64,000 nucleotides of DNA from Lama glama (taxonomy: Eukaryota): contig CM052817.1 in the NCBI GenBank assembly GCA_028534125.1, positions 50,098,001 through 50,162,000 on the forward strand. The letters run 5' to 3'. Positions 24,700 through 37,500 of this stretch are shown piece by piece. A program made the translations under genes and the position numbers. Each line of letters begins with the position of its first letter. The stretch's first letter is position 1. Under the pieces are notes generated by a model. It worked only from the letters and a program-made list of their open reading frames with translations. It did no database searches and was not told the DNA's origin.

Positions 24700-25575
24700 T
24701 TTGCCAATATGTTCCTACTTCTCCCATCTGCTGTCTCACCAACCCAAGTAACCAGTATCCTGATTTTTGTGATCATTTTCTTGCTTAAAAACATAATTAT
24801 CTATATGCCTAGATAATCTATCTTTCTCTGTGTATTTTTAAACTCTAAAAAAAAAAAAAAAAGGGCTCCAAACCAAATTGTAGTCTCCTAGGACTTGCTT
24901 TCTTCACTTGACATTATGTGGGTAAAATTCATGCATAATGTTGCTTGTAGCAATATATTGTACTGCTGTGTGATATTTAATGTGTAAATATACTGTGATC
25001 TTTTAAAATCGATCACTTATGTCAATGGACATTTGAGTTGCATACACAGTTTTAGTATTATGAACAGTGCTGCTGTGATCAACCCATACATGTACAAATG
25101 TTTCTTTTGAGGATTTTATCAGACAGGATAAGCAGATTATGCTGCAATAACAAAGTAACCCCTAGACGCAGATGACTTAATACAACAAAGATTGATTTCT
25201 TGGTCAGGGAGCCGCAGGGACCCAGGCTGACTGAGGCTACACCATCATTATCTGTGTCTTCAAGAATGTGAGGCCCCCATTGCCTCCTAGCAGGGTAAGA
25301 GGGACACAGTGTCTTATCTCAGAATCGATAGATGACCTCTATCCACATTTCTTTTACCTGAATTAGCAATATGGCCAAAGCGAATGCAACAGAGGAAGGG
25401 TGAGAACTGCAGGGCAGCAGATGGAATGTTTGCGATCACCTCTGTCTCTGACACTTAGAAGTGAAATTCCTAGGTTGCCAGGTTTATGAATATTCAGTTT
25501 TACAAGACAGTGCAAAATTGTTTTCCAAAGTGTCTATGACAATTAATACTATCCATAGAAGTGTATAGAGATATA
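24700..25575 (-). mobile_element. L1ME 3' fragment interrupted by an old MLT1 (about 25115-25455)
   Basis: cttgctttcttcacttgacattatg…atggacatttgagttg…tgaacagtgctgctgtga resumes as agaagtgaaattcctaggtt…caaaattgttttccaaagtg; insert has caggataagcagattatgctgcaataacaaa. Confidence 0.65.
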
Positions 25576-25829
25576 ATTTATTTTTTAAGCATCTAACAAA
25601 TATTTTCTCCCCAAAGTTCTTTTCTCAGAAAAAGAACTTTTTTGTGCTTTATACTTCCATGTAAAGTGAATAGAGACACTCTTATGCCTATTTTTCAGAT
25701 AGAATAGGGTATTGATTTAAATAAGTAATGGTGCAAATTAACAGTGTTTTTGTCCGTCTGTCCTACCCTTCTTTGCATCAGATCATAGTATCTGATCTTT
25801 CATTTCTTGGACCATGTTTCCCTATTGAG

Positions 25830-26300
25830 TGTGGTTATAAAAATTCTACCACTATGTTTTGATCCCCTCCCTCTGTAGGAAGGGGTATAAGACACAGTCT
25901 GCAGGACTCAGATTACTTTATAACTTTCCTGCAGTGATTTGTTCTGAGATGCGTCCATGACCCAAATAAGATAATCAGAGACTAATGTACAGATTTGCTT
26001 TTGGATGTTCAGAAAGAGAAGCACTGTCTTCTAATGGAACCGAGCGTTGCAAGGCTCGGTATATCTGAAGCTGCAATTGGCTGTCTGCCCTAGCTACCTC
26101 CAACACATTGCTGAATAAAGCTAATACAGAAAGTAAAGTGAGGCTAAGCACAGGGGAGACACAGAGCCTTGGCAATATGATTCGACTTCCTTGGTTCAGC
26201 TGGGTCTGAAGTCCACTCCCTGGACTTTTCAGTTATCTGAGCTGAAACATTCCCTATTTTACTTAAGTTCATTTCTGTTGGATGTCTGAGAGTCCTAATC
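25830..26300 (+). mobile_element. Old MLT1 (K/L-like) LTR
   Basis: catgaccca…aatcagag…ggacttttcagttatctgagc…aacattccctattttacttaag…gagagtcctaa. Confidence 0.6.
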
Positions 26301-27114
26301 AGCCATTTAGTAGCAGGAAGATCTGAATTCAGGTTTTCAACTTTTTTGGTTGGACTCTCTTCCTGCACATCTTCTTGTGACTCTTGGCTCTACTCTGCTA
26401 GGCTAAGTATTATCAGCTTCAGTTTTCACATCAATTCCTAGAGGTGGAGACCAAGGAGAACTTCACTGCAGGGTGGGTTTAAGATTTTGAGAAACCATTT
26501 GGAAGGTTACATCATGAGTAATGTGTCACAGCACAAATTAATATATTAGACAATTTTGTCATTATTCTCGAATCTAGAAATTGATTCTTTAGTTCCCAAG
26601 TCTATGGCACTGTAAAAAGATACACAACCATCACCTTACACAGGATGGTGAGATTTTATCTTTGTACTTACCTCAAAGTGACAAATAGTTAATTAGACAC
26701 ATAAAGCATTTTTTAGCATAGACAGTTTTGAACTTGAAGTTTTGCTGCTGATAGAAAGAGGAATCCCAGAGAGTGCAAGAATCTGAACACTAAATCCAGA
26801 ACCCTCTCCAATGTGTCAATAACTGCCAAGTCAGCTCTGAGGCTAATTAATCACAACAAATTTACATTTAAGCCCACAAAGAAGCACTAATGACTGTGCT
26901 TGGCAGGGAGGAAATGTGCTGAGAAGGGAAACCTGAAAGTGAGAAGGGAGAGAGATTTTTGTCATGGTCTTGTCAAGGGCAGAACTGCAGGGCAATTGTG
27001 TAGGAAGTGCAAGACTCATTTTTGTTTAGACAAAGGGGCCTCATCCAGGTGGATGACTGGAGATGAAGGCCCCAACCTCCTGGATAAATGCAGGGCATCT
27101 GGTACCCATCCTCT

Positions 27115-27467
27115 AGGATAAGGCCTGCTGTGTCCCCTTCAGAATTCATATGTTGAAGCCCAGTCCCCAGTGTAATGGTATTTGCAGGTGGGTGGTAATC
27201 AAGTTATGAGGGTGGAGCCCTCATGATGGAATTAGTGCCCTTATAGGAAGAGACATGAGAGAGATTGCTTCTCTCTCTGCTCTGCCCCATGTGAGGACAC
27301 AGCAAGAAAATGGCCTCTGTAACCAAGAAGAGGGTTTGCACGAGAACCCAGCCAGGCTGGTACCCTGATCTCACACTTCCAGCCTCCAGAACAGTGAGAA
27401 AGAAATATCTGTTGTTTAAGACACATAGTCTATGGTATCTTGTTATGGCAGCTCAAACTGCTTACAG
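27115..27467 (+). mobile_element. MLT1A0-type solo LTR
   Basis: tgtgtcccc…aattcatatgttgaagccc…gagggtggagccctcatgatggaattagtgcccttata…cttccagcctccagaacagtgagaaa. Confidence 0.9.
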
Positions 27468-27759
27468 TAAGGCCTTTTCCTTCCAGAGAAGCATGGCCTT
27501 TCTAGAATCTGCCAGTTGGCCTGCAGGGAATAAGGAATCCAGAGGTGGATTTTGGTTTCTTCTACCTTGTTTGTTTCCTTTCCTTCCCAGCTACTTGCCT
27601 CTTAGACTCTTGTTCCTAAACCTGGGCTCTTATTGCTTGATAACAACTGTCTGTCCAATTCCTAATGCTTGTCATTTAGTCCCTCAACAGATATGGATGG
27701 ACCTGTTAAGTGAGAGTCTGGCTAGAGTGCATCTTCTCCTTATGGGGACACAGTGGTAT

Positions 27760-28130
27760 TACAGTTTCTAATTTCCTCGACAGGTAGATGGGCCCATATG
27801 CCTGAGTTCTGGCCAATGGAATGTAAGGGGGAAGTGATGGATGTCACTTTGGGACCTGGCCCTTATAATCTCCCTGGAAATTCTTCTTATTGGATTTCTC
27901 TTTTTTAAATTGCTGGTTGGATATGGAAGATTCAGTGGAGGATTTGGAGGGGCCTGGAGGAAGTGGAAATGCTAGATGTAAAGATCTCAGTGTCAGAATG
28001 ATTCTGCAGAGTACAGTCCCATGCTGATGCACATTCTACTGTGAATATATGAAAAATACGCATTTATTGGCCTAAGACACTGGGAATTGAGGTTATTTGA
28101 ACTGCAATTAGCTTGTCTTGTTGAATATAT
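27760..28130 (+). mobile_element. Old MLT1 (I/J-like) LTR
   Basis: gggcccatatgcctgagttctggccaatggaatgtaagggggaagtgatg…cacttt. Confidence 0.6.
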
Positions 28131-28569
28131 CTTACATTTATCCATGCAGGTAACAGATATCTACTGAGTACCTACAAAGTGTTAGATTCTGTATTGGATA
28201 CTGAGGTACAGTAGTGAAAAAATATAGACCTTGACTTCACAGCCCTTACAATCTGCTGGTGACTAATGACAGTGTGAATGGAGGGTTGGTAGAAGAAGAT
28301 GAAATCCAAAGATACATGATCAGTACTTTTAAGGAACTGATGTCTATGTAATCTGATATGATAAAATGGGCTAAAAATGATATCCTAAGGTCATAGACCT
28401 TGAATTGTTATTAAAATAGAGTAGTGTGTGAGTTAGTAGGCAGTTTGTGTGTAGTAAAGAGGCTCTTTTGGATGAAGATTAAATCAAGTAGAAAAATATA
28501 GCACATCATGGGAAAAGGGAATTAAGAACTTCTCAAGTGAGTCCTTACTAGATCCTAGTCAGTATGCAT

Positions 28570-28725
28570 GTGCTCCTGTTTAATTCTCCTCACATTAGGA
28601 AGTAGGTATTATCCCCATTTTCTGTGCAAAGACTGAGACCCAAGGACATTAAATTACTTGCCTGAGGTTACACAACTGATGAGCGATAGAACTGGCATTC
28701 TGACCCAAGTCTGCTGGGCTCTTTC
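28570..28725 (-). mobile_element. MIR
   Basis: gtaggtattatccccatttt…gactgagacc…acttgcctgaggttacacaac. Confidence 0.8.
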
Positions 28726-29924
28726 CTGGGCACCGGCACCCTGCTGTTTGGTTGGTTCAGTGTTACTGCTCTCGGTGCATCCATGCTGGGACACCAGGGC
28801 CCTGCCCGTTAGCCCACATGGCAGGCTTCCATTTCAGGGGTAAAAGCGAGTGCTGCATCCCTCCCTCCCTGGAGAGATACACACCCCATTAGTTTTTCAT
28901 TTGCCAAAAGCATCAGTTTTTTAATATTTTCTCTTTCCTTTTATCTCAGGGGAATATCAATCTGTACAGATTTATTATTAATTCCCTGGTAACATGCTTA
29001 GCTGCTCAAAATTTTTTACTGTTGCTTGTAAAAGAAGGCCTGCCTGTTCTTGAAATTTCAGGGACTTCGATCACTCTGGGATGAAATATCACCTTGAGAG
29101 ACATTATAATGAGAAGAGGAAAGTATAGGATAAAGTTACTCCCTCCACCTCGCACCCCATCTGCCTTTTCTCTGGAACAAGTAACAGCTACTTGTTGGAG
29201 GCTTCTTTCCCCTCAGACTGATTCTGTGCTGTTTTTCCAGTCCTCTCCTTCCAAGGAACATCAAACTTATACTTAAAATAACATTCCCAGAGGAGAGGAA
29301 TCCTTAGACAGAAGATTCTCTCTCCTTTCTCTCTCTCTCTCTCTCTTTTTTATTCAAAAATTTTTTCATGCCTCAAAGTCTAATTTTTTAATTGGTTAAT
29401 CTGATAGTTATGGTATCTTTCATATGTGAATGCAATAAAGCACATTTTTTTGGGGTTATTCTGAGCTATTGAGAATTTTAAATGAAAATTCAAGAGAGTT
29501 CATTTCTGTAGATCCATTTATTTATTTAACAAATACTGATGTGAGTGCACTGAGTGTCCACGGAGCTGGTAGTCTAGTGGGAGATATGAACATTAAACAA
29601 AGAAACACCCTGCTCATTTAGGAAAATTATATCATTATCCCATCAGTTAATTAAATGGCCTGAATTTGGTGGAGTTCCAGCATGAAACAGTTTTGCTTTT
29701 GTCCAGTTAGTGGCTTCCCCTCTATGGTTGATTCTCTCTTTTTCTCTCCTTAATGACTTTTTGGTGGGATTCCATAACTTTCCAGCCATTCTAGGGTATA
29801 AAAGTATCCAATTCAGACTAATTTAGAAGTCTGCTCTCTTGTCTGACTCCGTTTCCCTTTTCCAGCCCTGGCCTGACCTCTGGTGGGACATGCCCTGGGG
29901 TGGGGAGCATGGTCTGTTTTTAGT

Positions 29925-30026
29925 CCGCCCCTCCAAGTCTGTCACTTTGCCCCAGCACTGGTGTGTGGGGTTGGGAGAGTGCCGGGGGCGTGGGGCTGGG
30001 GGCTGGGGGAGGGGGCAGAGGGAGGG
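29925..30026. promoter_or_regulatory. GC-box / G-tract cluster
   Basis: CCGCCC at 29925, GGGGCGTGG at 29985, nine runs of 3 or more G in 29967-30026. Confidence 0.45.
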
Positions 30027-30459
30027 AAGAATTACAGAAAAGGAACAAAAGTTTTTTCAGTTGGCTAGTACTCTGTGTCCTCTCTTGACTCCTGATTGTC
30101 ACTGGGCAGCCCCACTTCAGCCCCGCTCTACCCACATTGGTACCCCTGCTAACTGCCTCCTGCTAGAGCCCCCTCTCCTGCAAGGCCACCCACTCTCTAG
30201 GGCAGGATGCAGCCAGGCACCTCAAGCTGGGTTACTGTTTGCAGCGTCTGCTCTACCCATAGAAAATGCAGGTCCTTGTCACTTCCCTTCTTTTCCTCTT
30301 ACAGACATGGATTTTTTTGGGAGGGGAGGGGAGCAGGTGCGGGAAAAAATCTGAAAATAATCTTGAGTCCTCTGAAGAAGAATAATAGACTTTCAGGATT
30401 CTTAGAAATCATTTCATATAACCTCATCAGTTGTTCAGTAAACAAATGCCTTAGAGTTT

Positions 30460-30960
30460 AGAGATCAACAGCATGGCATTTTGAATGAAACAGACATGGG
30501 TCCTATTCCTGTTCCTATAACTTGCAGGTTTTGTGATCTCATGAATGCTATTTAACTTTTCTAATAATATCAAACATCTCTCGAGTACATATTATATGCC
30601 AGATGTTCTACTAATTATTTCACCATTTTATCTTTTAACCTAATTCTATCTTGAATGACAAAGTTCTGAGATTGTTACAGATATTATCTCATTTTACCAA
30701 AGAGAAACTTGGAGTACAAAGAGGATAATAATTTGCTTAACAACAGTTATAGCAGTTATAAGTGATGGAGACATAATTTAAACTGAAATAATCTGAATCA
30801 AGCACTTGAAACATCATCTTTTTGCAATACTGCCTCAGTTTTCTGACCAGGAAAAATACAGAAAATGGTATTTCTATCATAGAACTGTGAGAATTAAATA
30901 AAAGGCAATATACATGAAATGCATGGCACATAGAAAGCACCAGGAAAGTTTTAGCTGAAG
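30460..30960. mobile_element. Cluster of three MIR fragments in mixed orientation
   Basis: acagacatgggtcctattcctgttct…; ctcattttaccaaagagaaactt…; gcctcagttttctgaccaggaaaaat…gtgagaattaaat. Confidence 0.65.
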
Positions 30961-32119
30961 TTATTTAAAATAATTTTTCATGTGGGCTACATTTAAATAA
31001 TGGAGCTACACTTAACTCATCACTGCACTTAAATAATTGCTTAAATGCCTTGGCTTCTCCTACAGTGATTTTATTTTTATTTAGTGTTCTAATTGCAGTT
31101 TGCTACTTATAAAACCATTTATGGCTTTTTATAATTATTAACACACCATTTATGATAGCTGTAATGTTTTTTCCTTTTGAAAGTTAGTTCTTGCAACTTT
31201 ACATAAATTCAGTATTAATCACTTGGGAGCCTCAATGCCAAATGCAACAAAATATTCTTCTCGATGTATATTAGAGCAATTAAAGTTAGCAGGTTTTTGT
31301 TCTATGTGTATACATGTGGTGAATGTGTCATCTGCAGATATACACTTATACTGTATGCATGTGTTACCTATTTGACAGTAGAGGGGCCGTGTAAGGAGTT
31401 ACTACTTCTCTCTCTCATTTCTCTGCTGGAACTTGGAAAATAGTATTTCCCTTCTCATGTTAATCTATAAAGTCAACACAGATATAATAGATTATAGTAG
31501 AAACAGGCAAAGTCAACGTAAGTCAAAGAGTCCCAGGCCTCCTAGAATCGATTGTAGCGTGATGGAGTGAACACATATATATTACAAAGAATATGCCACC
31601 CGTAAGGGGAGGCAGGTCAGCCATGGAAGCATAGACAAGGGGAATATCCATCAGCAGGGGCTGGAGGTCTTCACCTGAGCATTGACCAGGGAAAAGGAGG
31701 CTTAGGTCTTGCGGAATAACCTCTCTGTGGAGACAAATACAACAGGCTGTCCAGTCTGATGCCACGAACCTATTAAACCAGCTAATATCATGTTCATCAT
31801 TTGTTCTCCCAGTAGGTCTTCTGTAGAGGGAGAACATAATAGGATTATGGTGGGACTAACTGTTGTATTTTATGAGATAAATTAAGGAACAGGCATCCCA
31901 GCCTCCTGGATCCCATTCCCGAGAGATGGTTCTCTCTGTTCCTCTTTAGGACGAACCAAGTTTGAACCTCAACCGTCATGAAGTCACTGAGCCCTTATAT
32001 ATACGTATGGCTAAAACATTATATAGAAAACATTTTCTTTATCCGTTCATCTGTCTATCATATTATTTTGACACGTATACCTTCAGTGTGACCTATGAGG
32101 CCAGATTCTAATTTAGAAT

Positions 32120-32570
32120 TCTCATACCCTGGAATTCCACTCCAGAATTCTGCAGCCAGAGAGGATATAGATGAAGCCCTGGTCTGCAGTGGGCCCTGCC
32201 TTCTTGCCCCACTCCCAGCTCCACCTGCATCATGAGGAGATTCATGTACCCTCCTATCAATACCTCAGCCCACAAGTCCAAGCTCTGGCCATATCCATGC
32301 CCACACTCCCTGTGGTCACCTCTTAGGTCTAGAGCTGACCACACTAGTTGCAGTACCTGGGGAAGAGGCTGGTACAGTCTTGCAAGCAGCTTAGGGGCAA
32401 TGAGGAATATGATAGAAAAGGGGGAAGAGGTACAGGCTCCGTGTGTGCATGGCCTGTCGGGTTCAAAGTTTCCTTCCCTGCTGCTGGTGGTGGTGGGGCA
32501 CAGCTGAAAGAGGGTCAGGGAAGGGGTCCTCTAAAGTGTGGGGTCCAGGACAGAGGCCTCATGGGATAAT
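32120..32570. mobile_element. Probable hAT-Tip100-type DNA transposon remnant
   Basis: ggggtcctctaaagtgtggggtccaggacagaggcc resembles Tip100-group subterminal motifs; family uncertain. Confidence 0.3.
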
Positions 32571-33079
32571 GAAGGGGTAGTCCATGCTGGAGAACAGCCT
32601 GTCTTCAGCGGCCATTTCTCTTTGCTTTTTGTTCATCTGTGATGAACGTTCTTGGTCTCCCTCCTACTTTGGACTTCTCATCCCTCTGGTCCCTCCTTTA
32701 TTTCCTGTTTGAAACACTCCTTCTTCTTCCCCTTGCTACTCAGTCTTAGCTAGTCTTTTGGAAATACTTTAAATCCATATAGAATCCTCCACTGGTACTT
32801 GTACTAAGTGCTTATTTGGATCTCTTTAGCGTATTTCATGACAAAAAATTTTGGCTGCAAGTAAGAGAAAGGGGGAGGGAAATACTCAGAATGCAATTAG
32901 ATTAATACTTCAAGGTATGACCATGCTATATATATTATGCTTCCAAAAGATTACTTATTCATTGCTTTACAGAGTAGATATGAATGAATGGTTGCTGATT
33001 TAGAAACACTGGTAAACTAGGAGAGAATATACCAACTGAAGCAAAAAGTGAAGAAACAAAACATTTATACATTTAACAA

Positions 33080-33320
33080 TAGAAAACCTTAGAGCTTTGA
33101 ATGTGTCAGACACCAGTGTAATCACTAACATATGTTAACTTATTTAATCTATTTAACTCACTCTATGAGATAGATAATATATTTGTATTGATTTTACAAA
33201 TAAATAAACTGAGGCAGAGGGAAGGTAAGTAATTCTCCTAAGGTCACACAGCTAGAGAGTGGCATAGCCAGTGTTCAAACTCAGGCAGTTTGGTTCTGGC
33301 TTTACTTTGGTGTTAAAAGC
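33080..33320 (-). mobile_element. MIR
   Basis: aaactgaggcagagggaaggtaagtaattctcctaaggtcacacagctag…ttcaaactcaggcagt. Confidence 0.85.
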
Positions 33321-34582
33321 TAATGGTAGGTATTCAGATGGAGAGAGGCCAAAAATTGTCACATCAGTTTGACTGCTCCTCTTTAGAGATTAGCCATAAA
33401 TGCAGCAACAGAATTCAGTCAATTTTCTTAATGGTCCTTCTCAGTTTTCTTAGAAACTCTCCTTATAGTAAGGCAGTGATATTTCCCTTGTTTTCCCTGT
33501 GGCTGGCATTTATTTAGTTAGACTATGCTTACCCTATTTCTAGCACTTTCCATTTATAACTAGTATCCTTTCCCTGAGGAACTCGCCCATGTTTCCTTAC
33601 CGCCTGTTCATAAGCCTGATGCATTATAAAGAAGTTTACATTCAAAGTCAAGGTTGCTGAGAGCTGCAAAGGCATAGTTGTCTTGTTCAGTCAATTTTTT
33701 TAGGGACAATTCTTCCAATCTTTTAAACATAGTTTTAGCACACAAGATAAATAGAAACAACCTTTAAGAAACAATACAAGGTTTGTTGACCTATAGACAT
33801 ATTTAGAATAGAACAACTGTTTGGAAGTTTTTTACTTTTGAAAATATGTGGGTGTGATTACTTGATGAAGTATCATACTTCTTTAAGGTTTTACTCCAAA
33901 GTAAGTATAAATCCTGAGCTTTGTCAGCCTAGCTGATTACACATGTACTTTGTTTTTTAAGTTACTGATTTACCCAGGTTCCTCACCAGTTATCAAATAG
34001 GTCAAAAATAAACAGTAATGGCTTATACATTTTTTTCAAAATGTATTAAAGGAAGAAGAATCCTACCTTGTTACTTGCTATTGACATGGAGATGGTGGAC
34101 ACTAGATTTCATTTAAACATGAACTTCTGCTTATATGCCACATAAGCATTTTTCCACAAATGGGTTATACAATAATACATGTATTGAAATTGATGTGTAA
34201 CTGTAGGCTAATATTCCAACATCAAGTCAATTTCTTGAAGTGTGAAATTTTTGGTTTAAAACATCAGTCAGCACACAGGGAGTTGTGATATTGATGACAC
34301 AATCATACCTCAAGCTTTATATTTGTCAGTGATATATAGCAAAACTCTTTTGGGCTCCCTGGTCAACAGCTCTAATAGCATGTTCTGTAATCACATTTTG
34401 GGCATTTTTTACATTAAAATGTTTTTAATGCTCACTTTTAAGATGCTACTATAAGATGCATCATCAATTTAAAACGAGCATTTTAGGAAAACAAGAAAAC
34501 ATTTATGTATATCAAACATATACACTGTATTTATGATTATGTCTAGGTTTTTGAAACATTGTAGTGTAAAGAAACCTGTCTT

Positions 34583-37500
34583 GAGGAGTGATGTCAGCAT
34601 CATGTTAGTGTTTTTTTTCTCTGTCATCTTTGATTTACACTAATTGGACATCCATAACTGAAAAAAAGGTGCCTCTGCACAGCATACCAGAAAGCCCTAG
34701 AAATTCACCCATCTGTGCACCTGAAAGCGGGTGGATCAGATGGCAGAGGTGGTGGCAGAGCAAGGGAAGTGGCAGGGGAATTAGTGGTGGCAGAGGCAGT
34801 GATGGCAGAGAAAGCAGTGGCTGGTGTGGCAGTGAGGCAGCAGGACTTTTCTGGCAGAGGAGGTGGAGGGTGAAGGTGGTGAGTGGAGAGGTCTGCCTTG
34901 CCATGTGTGCTATAGCTGTAGGCACCAGTTGCTCTCCCTGAAGAGAGACCACATTGACTTTGGGGGAGAGGAAAAAGGGGAAGTAGGCAGACAAAGGGAA
35001 CTGAAGGGAACTGTCTCCTGCTCTGTCTGCCCTGGGAGGTAAGAGGACCACCCACAGACCTTTGAGATCCCCCAACTTGAGGACCAATCTACCAGTCCAT
35101 GGGCATAACCAAAACCCCAAGTGCTAAGTACACCCACCCCCCTGCTCTGTGTCCACACACTTTTTTTTAATGCACACGCTTCCAACCTTAGTATTAAGTC
35201 ATTGTCCCTAAAAGAAACCAAAAACTTGAGCTATAGCAGCACCTTCTGAAAAACAAAAGGAGAGCTCCTAATATGCTCTAACTGATAAAAAATTTAAAAT
35301 AGTTGTTCTGAAAAAGTTCAGTGAGCTACAAGAAAACTCACAAAGGCAATATGATGATCTTAGGAATAAAATTAACAAACAGGAGGCGTCCTCCACCAAA
35401 GAGATTAACATTCTAAAAAAGAAACAAAAATTCTAGAGCTGAAGAACTCAATGAGATGAAGCATGCATTAGAATGCTTTGGAAATAGAGCAGATCATATA
35501 AAGAGTGAGCTTAAACATAGTGAGCTTAAACAAAAAATTAGTGAGCTTAAACATATATAGAAATACAGATATTATTCAGATGGGAGAGGAGAGAGAACTA
35601 AGATTTTAAAAATATAAAGAAACTCTATGAGAACTATCTGACTCCAGTAGAAAGGTCAACATAAGAATAATGGGTATCCCAGAAGAAGAGAGGGAGAGGG
35701 GAGTAAAGAGTGTATTTAGAGAAAGAATAACTGAGAGCTTTCCAAACCTGGGGAAGGAACTGGATATACAAGTCCACAAAGCTAATAGAACACCTTATTA
35801 TCTCAGTGCAAAAAGACCAAGACACATTATATTAAAGCTATTGAAAGCCAATAATAAAGAAAGAACTTTAAATATGTCAGGAGAAAAAAGAGAGTAACCT
35901 AGAAAGGTACCCCCCCATTAGGCAATTATCTATTTCTTAGCAAAAATTCTACAAACCAGGAAAGAGTGGAATGACATATTAAAAATATTGAAAGATAAAA
36001 AACTTTCAGCCAAGAAAACTATATCAGCAAAGTTATCGTTCAGATATGAAGGGAAATAAAGCTTTCTCAGACAAACAAAAACTGAGGGATTTTACCACTG
36101 CTATACTTGCCTTACAAGAAATGTTGAAAGGAGCTTTTCAAGCTGAAATAAAAAGATAAAAATGCACAAAACTCTGATTAAGGTAATAAGTCGTCAGTCA
36201 GAACTAGAATACTGTAACTTTTTAAGAATAGTATATTAAATTCAACTATAGCATAAAAATTAAAGGAAAAAAGCAATAAAAATACCTACAGCTACTACAA
36301 CTTGGTAACAAAATCACAGCATGAAAAGAGATAACTTGTGATATCAAAAATATAAAAGGGGAACAGTAAAAGGATGGAATCTTTATAGGTGAATGAAGAG
36401 AAATTTCTATCAGAAATTGATAAGAGAAATTGCTAGCAGAAAAAAGATTATTTTATCTATGAGCTGATTTTATGTAAATCTCATGGAAACCACAAAGAAA
36501 AAAATCTAGAGCAGAGATACAAAACATGAAAAAGGGAACACTGGCAAATCACTATGGAAAACCACCAACTTACAAAGGAAGACAGAAATAGAAGAGAAAC
36601 AAAACAATGGGAGGCAAAAGAAGGCAAAAGATAGAATGGCTGTAGTAAATTCTTACATATCAATAATCACCTTAAATGTTAGTAAACTGATCTCACCAAT
36701 CAAAAGGCACAGAGTGGCTGACTAGATTAAAAAACAAGACCCAACTATATGCTGCCCATAGGAGACTCATTTCAGTTCTAAAGACACATGTAGGCTCAAA
36801 GTGAAGATATGGATATTCCAGCCAAACAGAAACGAAAAGAAAGAGATCATAGCCATACTTATATTAGACAAAATAGACCTCAAGCCAAGTAGGGTAACTG
36901 GAGACAAAAAAAGTTATTACATAATGATAAAGGGGTCAATACATCAAAAAGATATAACAATTGTAAATATATAAGCAAACACCCAAGCTCTGAAATGTAA
37001 TAAGCAATTAATAAAAGACCTTAAAGGAGTAATAGACAATGATACAGTAATATTAGGGGACTTCAGTGCTCCACTGTGAGCAATGGATAGATTGTCTAGG
37101 CAGAAAATCAACAAGGAAACCTTGGAATTGAACCACACTTTAGAACAATAGACTTAATAGGCATATTCAGGACATTCCACTTAACATCTACAGAATACAC
37201 ATTCTTTCCAAGTGCAAATGGAATACTCTCCAGAACAGATCATATGATAGGCCACAAAACAAATCTTAACAAATTTGAGAAGACTGAACTCATACCAACT
37301 GTCTTTTCTAACCACAATGCTATGAGACTAGAAATCAACAAAAGGAAAGTGATAATATCTACAGATACCTGAAAACTTAAAAGGCGCTTCTGAACAACCA
37401 TTGGGTCAAAGAAGTAATCAAAAGGAAAATAAAAGATTATTTCAAAACAAATGAAAATGAAAACACAACATATCAAATGCTGTGGGATGCAGCAAAAGCA

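Noticed and set aside
27310..27771. 153-aa + strand ORF
   Set aside because: Starts inside an MLT1A0 LTR; no protein similarity recognised
29839..30354. 171-aa + strand ORF
   Set aside because: Non-ATG start; open because G/C-rich low-complexity DNA lacks stops
34390..34582. Possible Tc2/Kanga-type DNA transposon fragment before the L1
   Set aside because: Only a short motif (tataagatgcatc) is suggestive; cannot be supported without an HMM search
34630..35221. Overlapping 100-160 aa ORFs on both strands
   Set aside because: Lie in the repetitive L1 5'UTR; low-complexity translations
35504..35553. CRISPR-like repeat-spacer pattern
   Set aside because: Three 14-bp units with 1-7 nt gaps inside a mammalian L1; no cas genes; ordinary duplication
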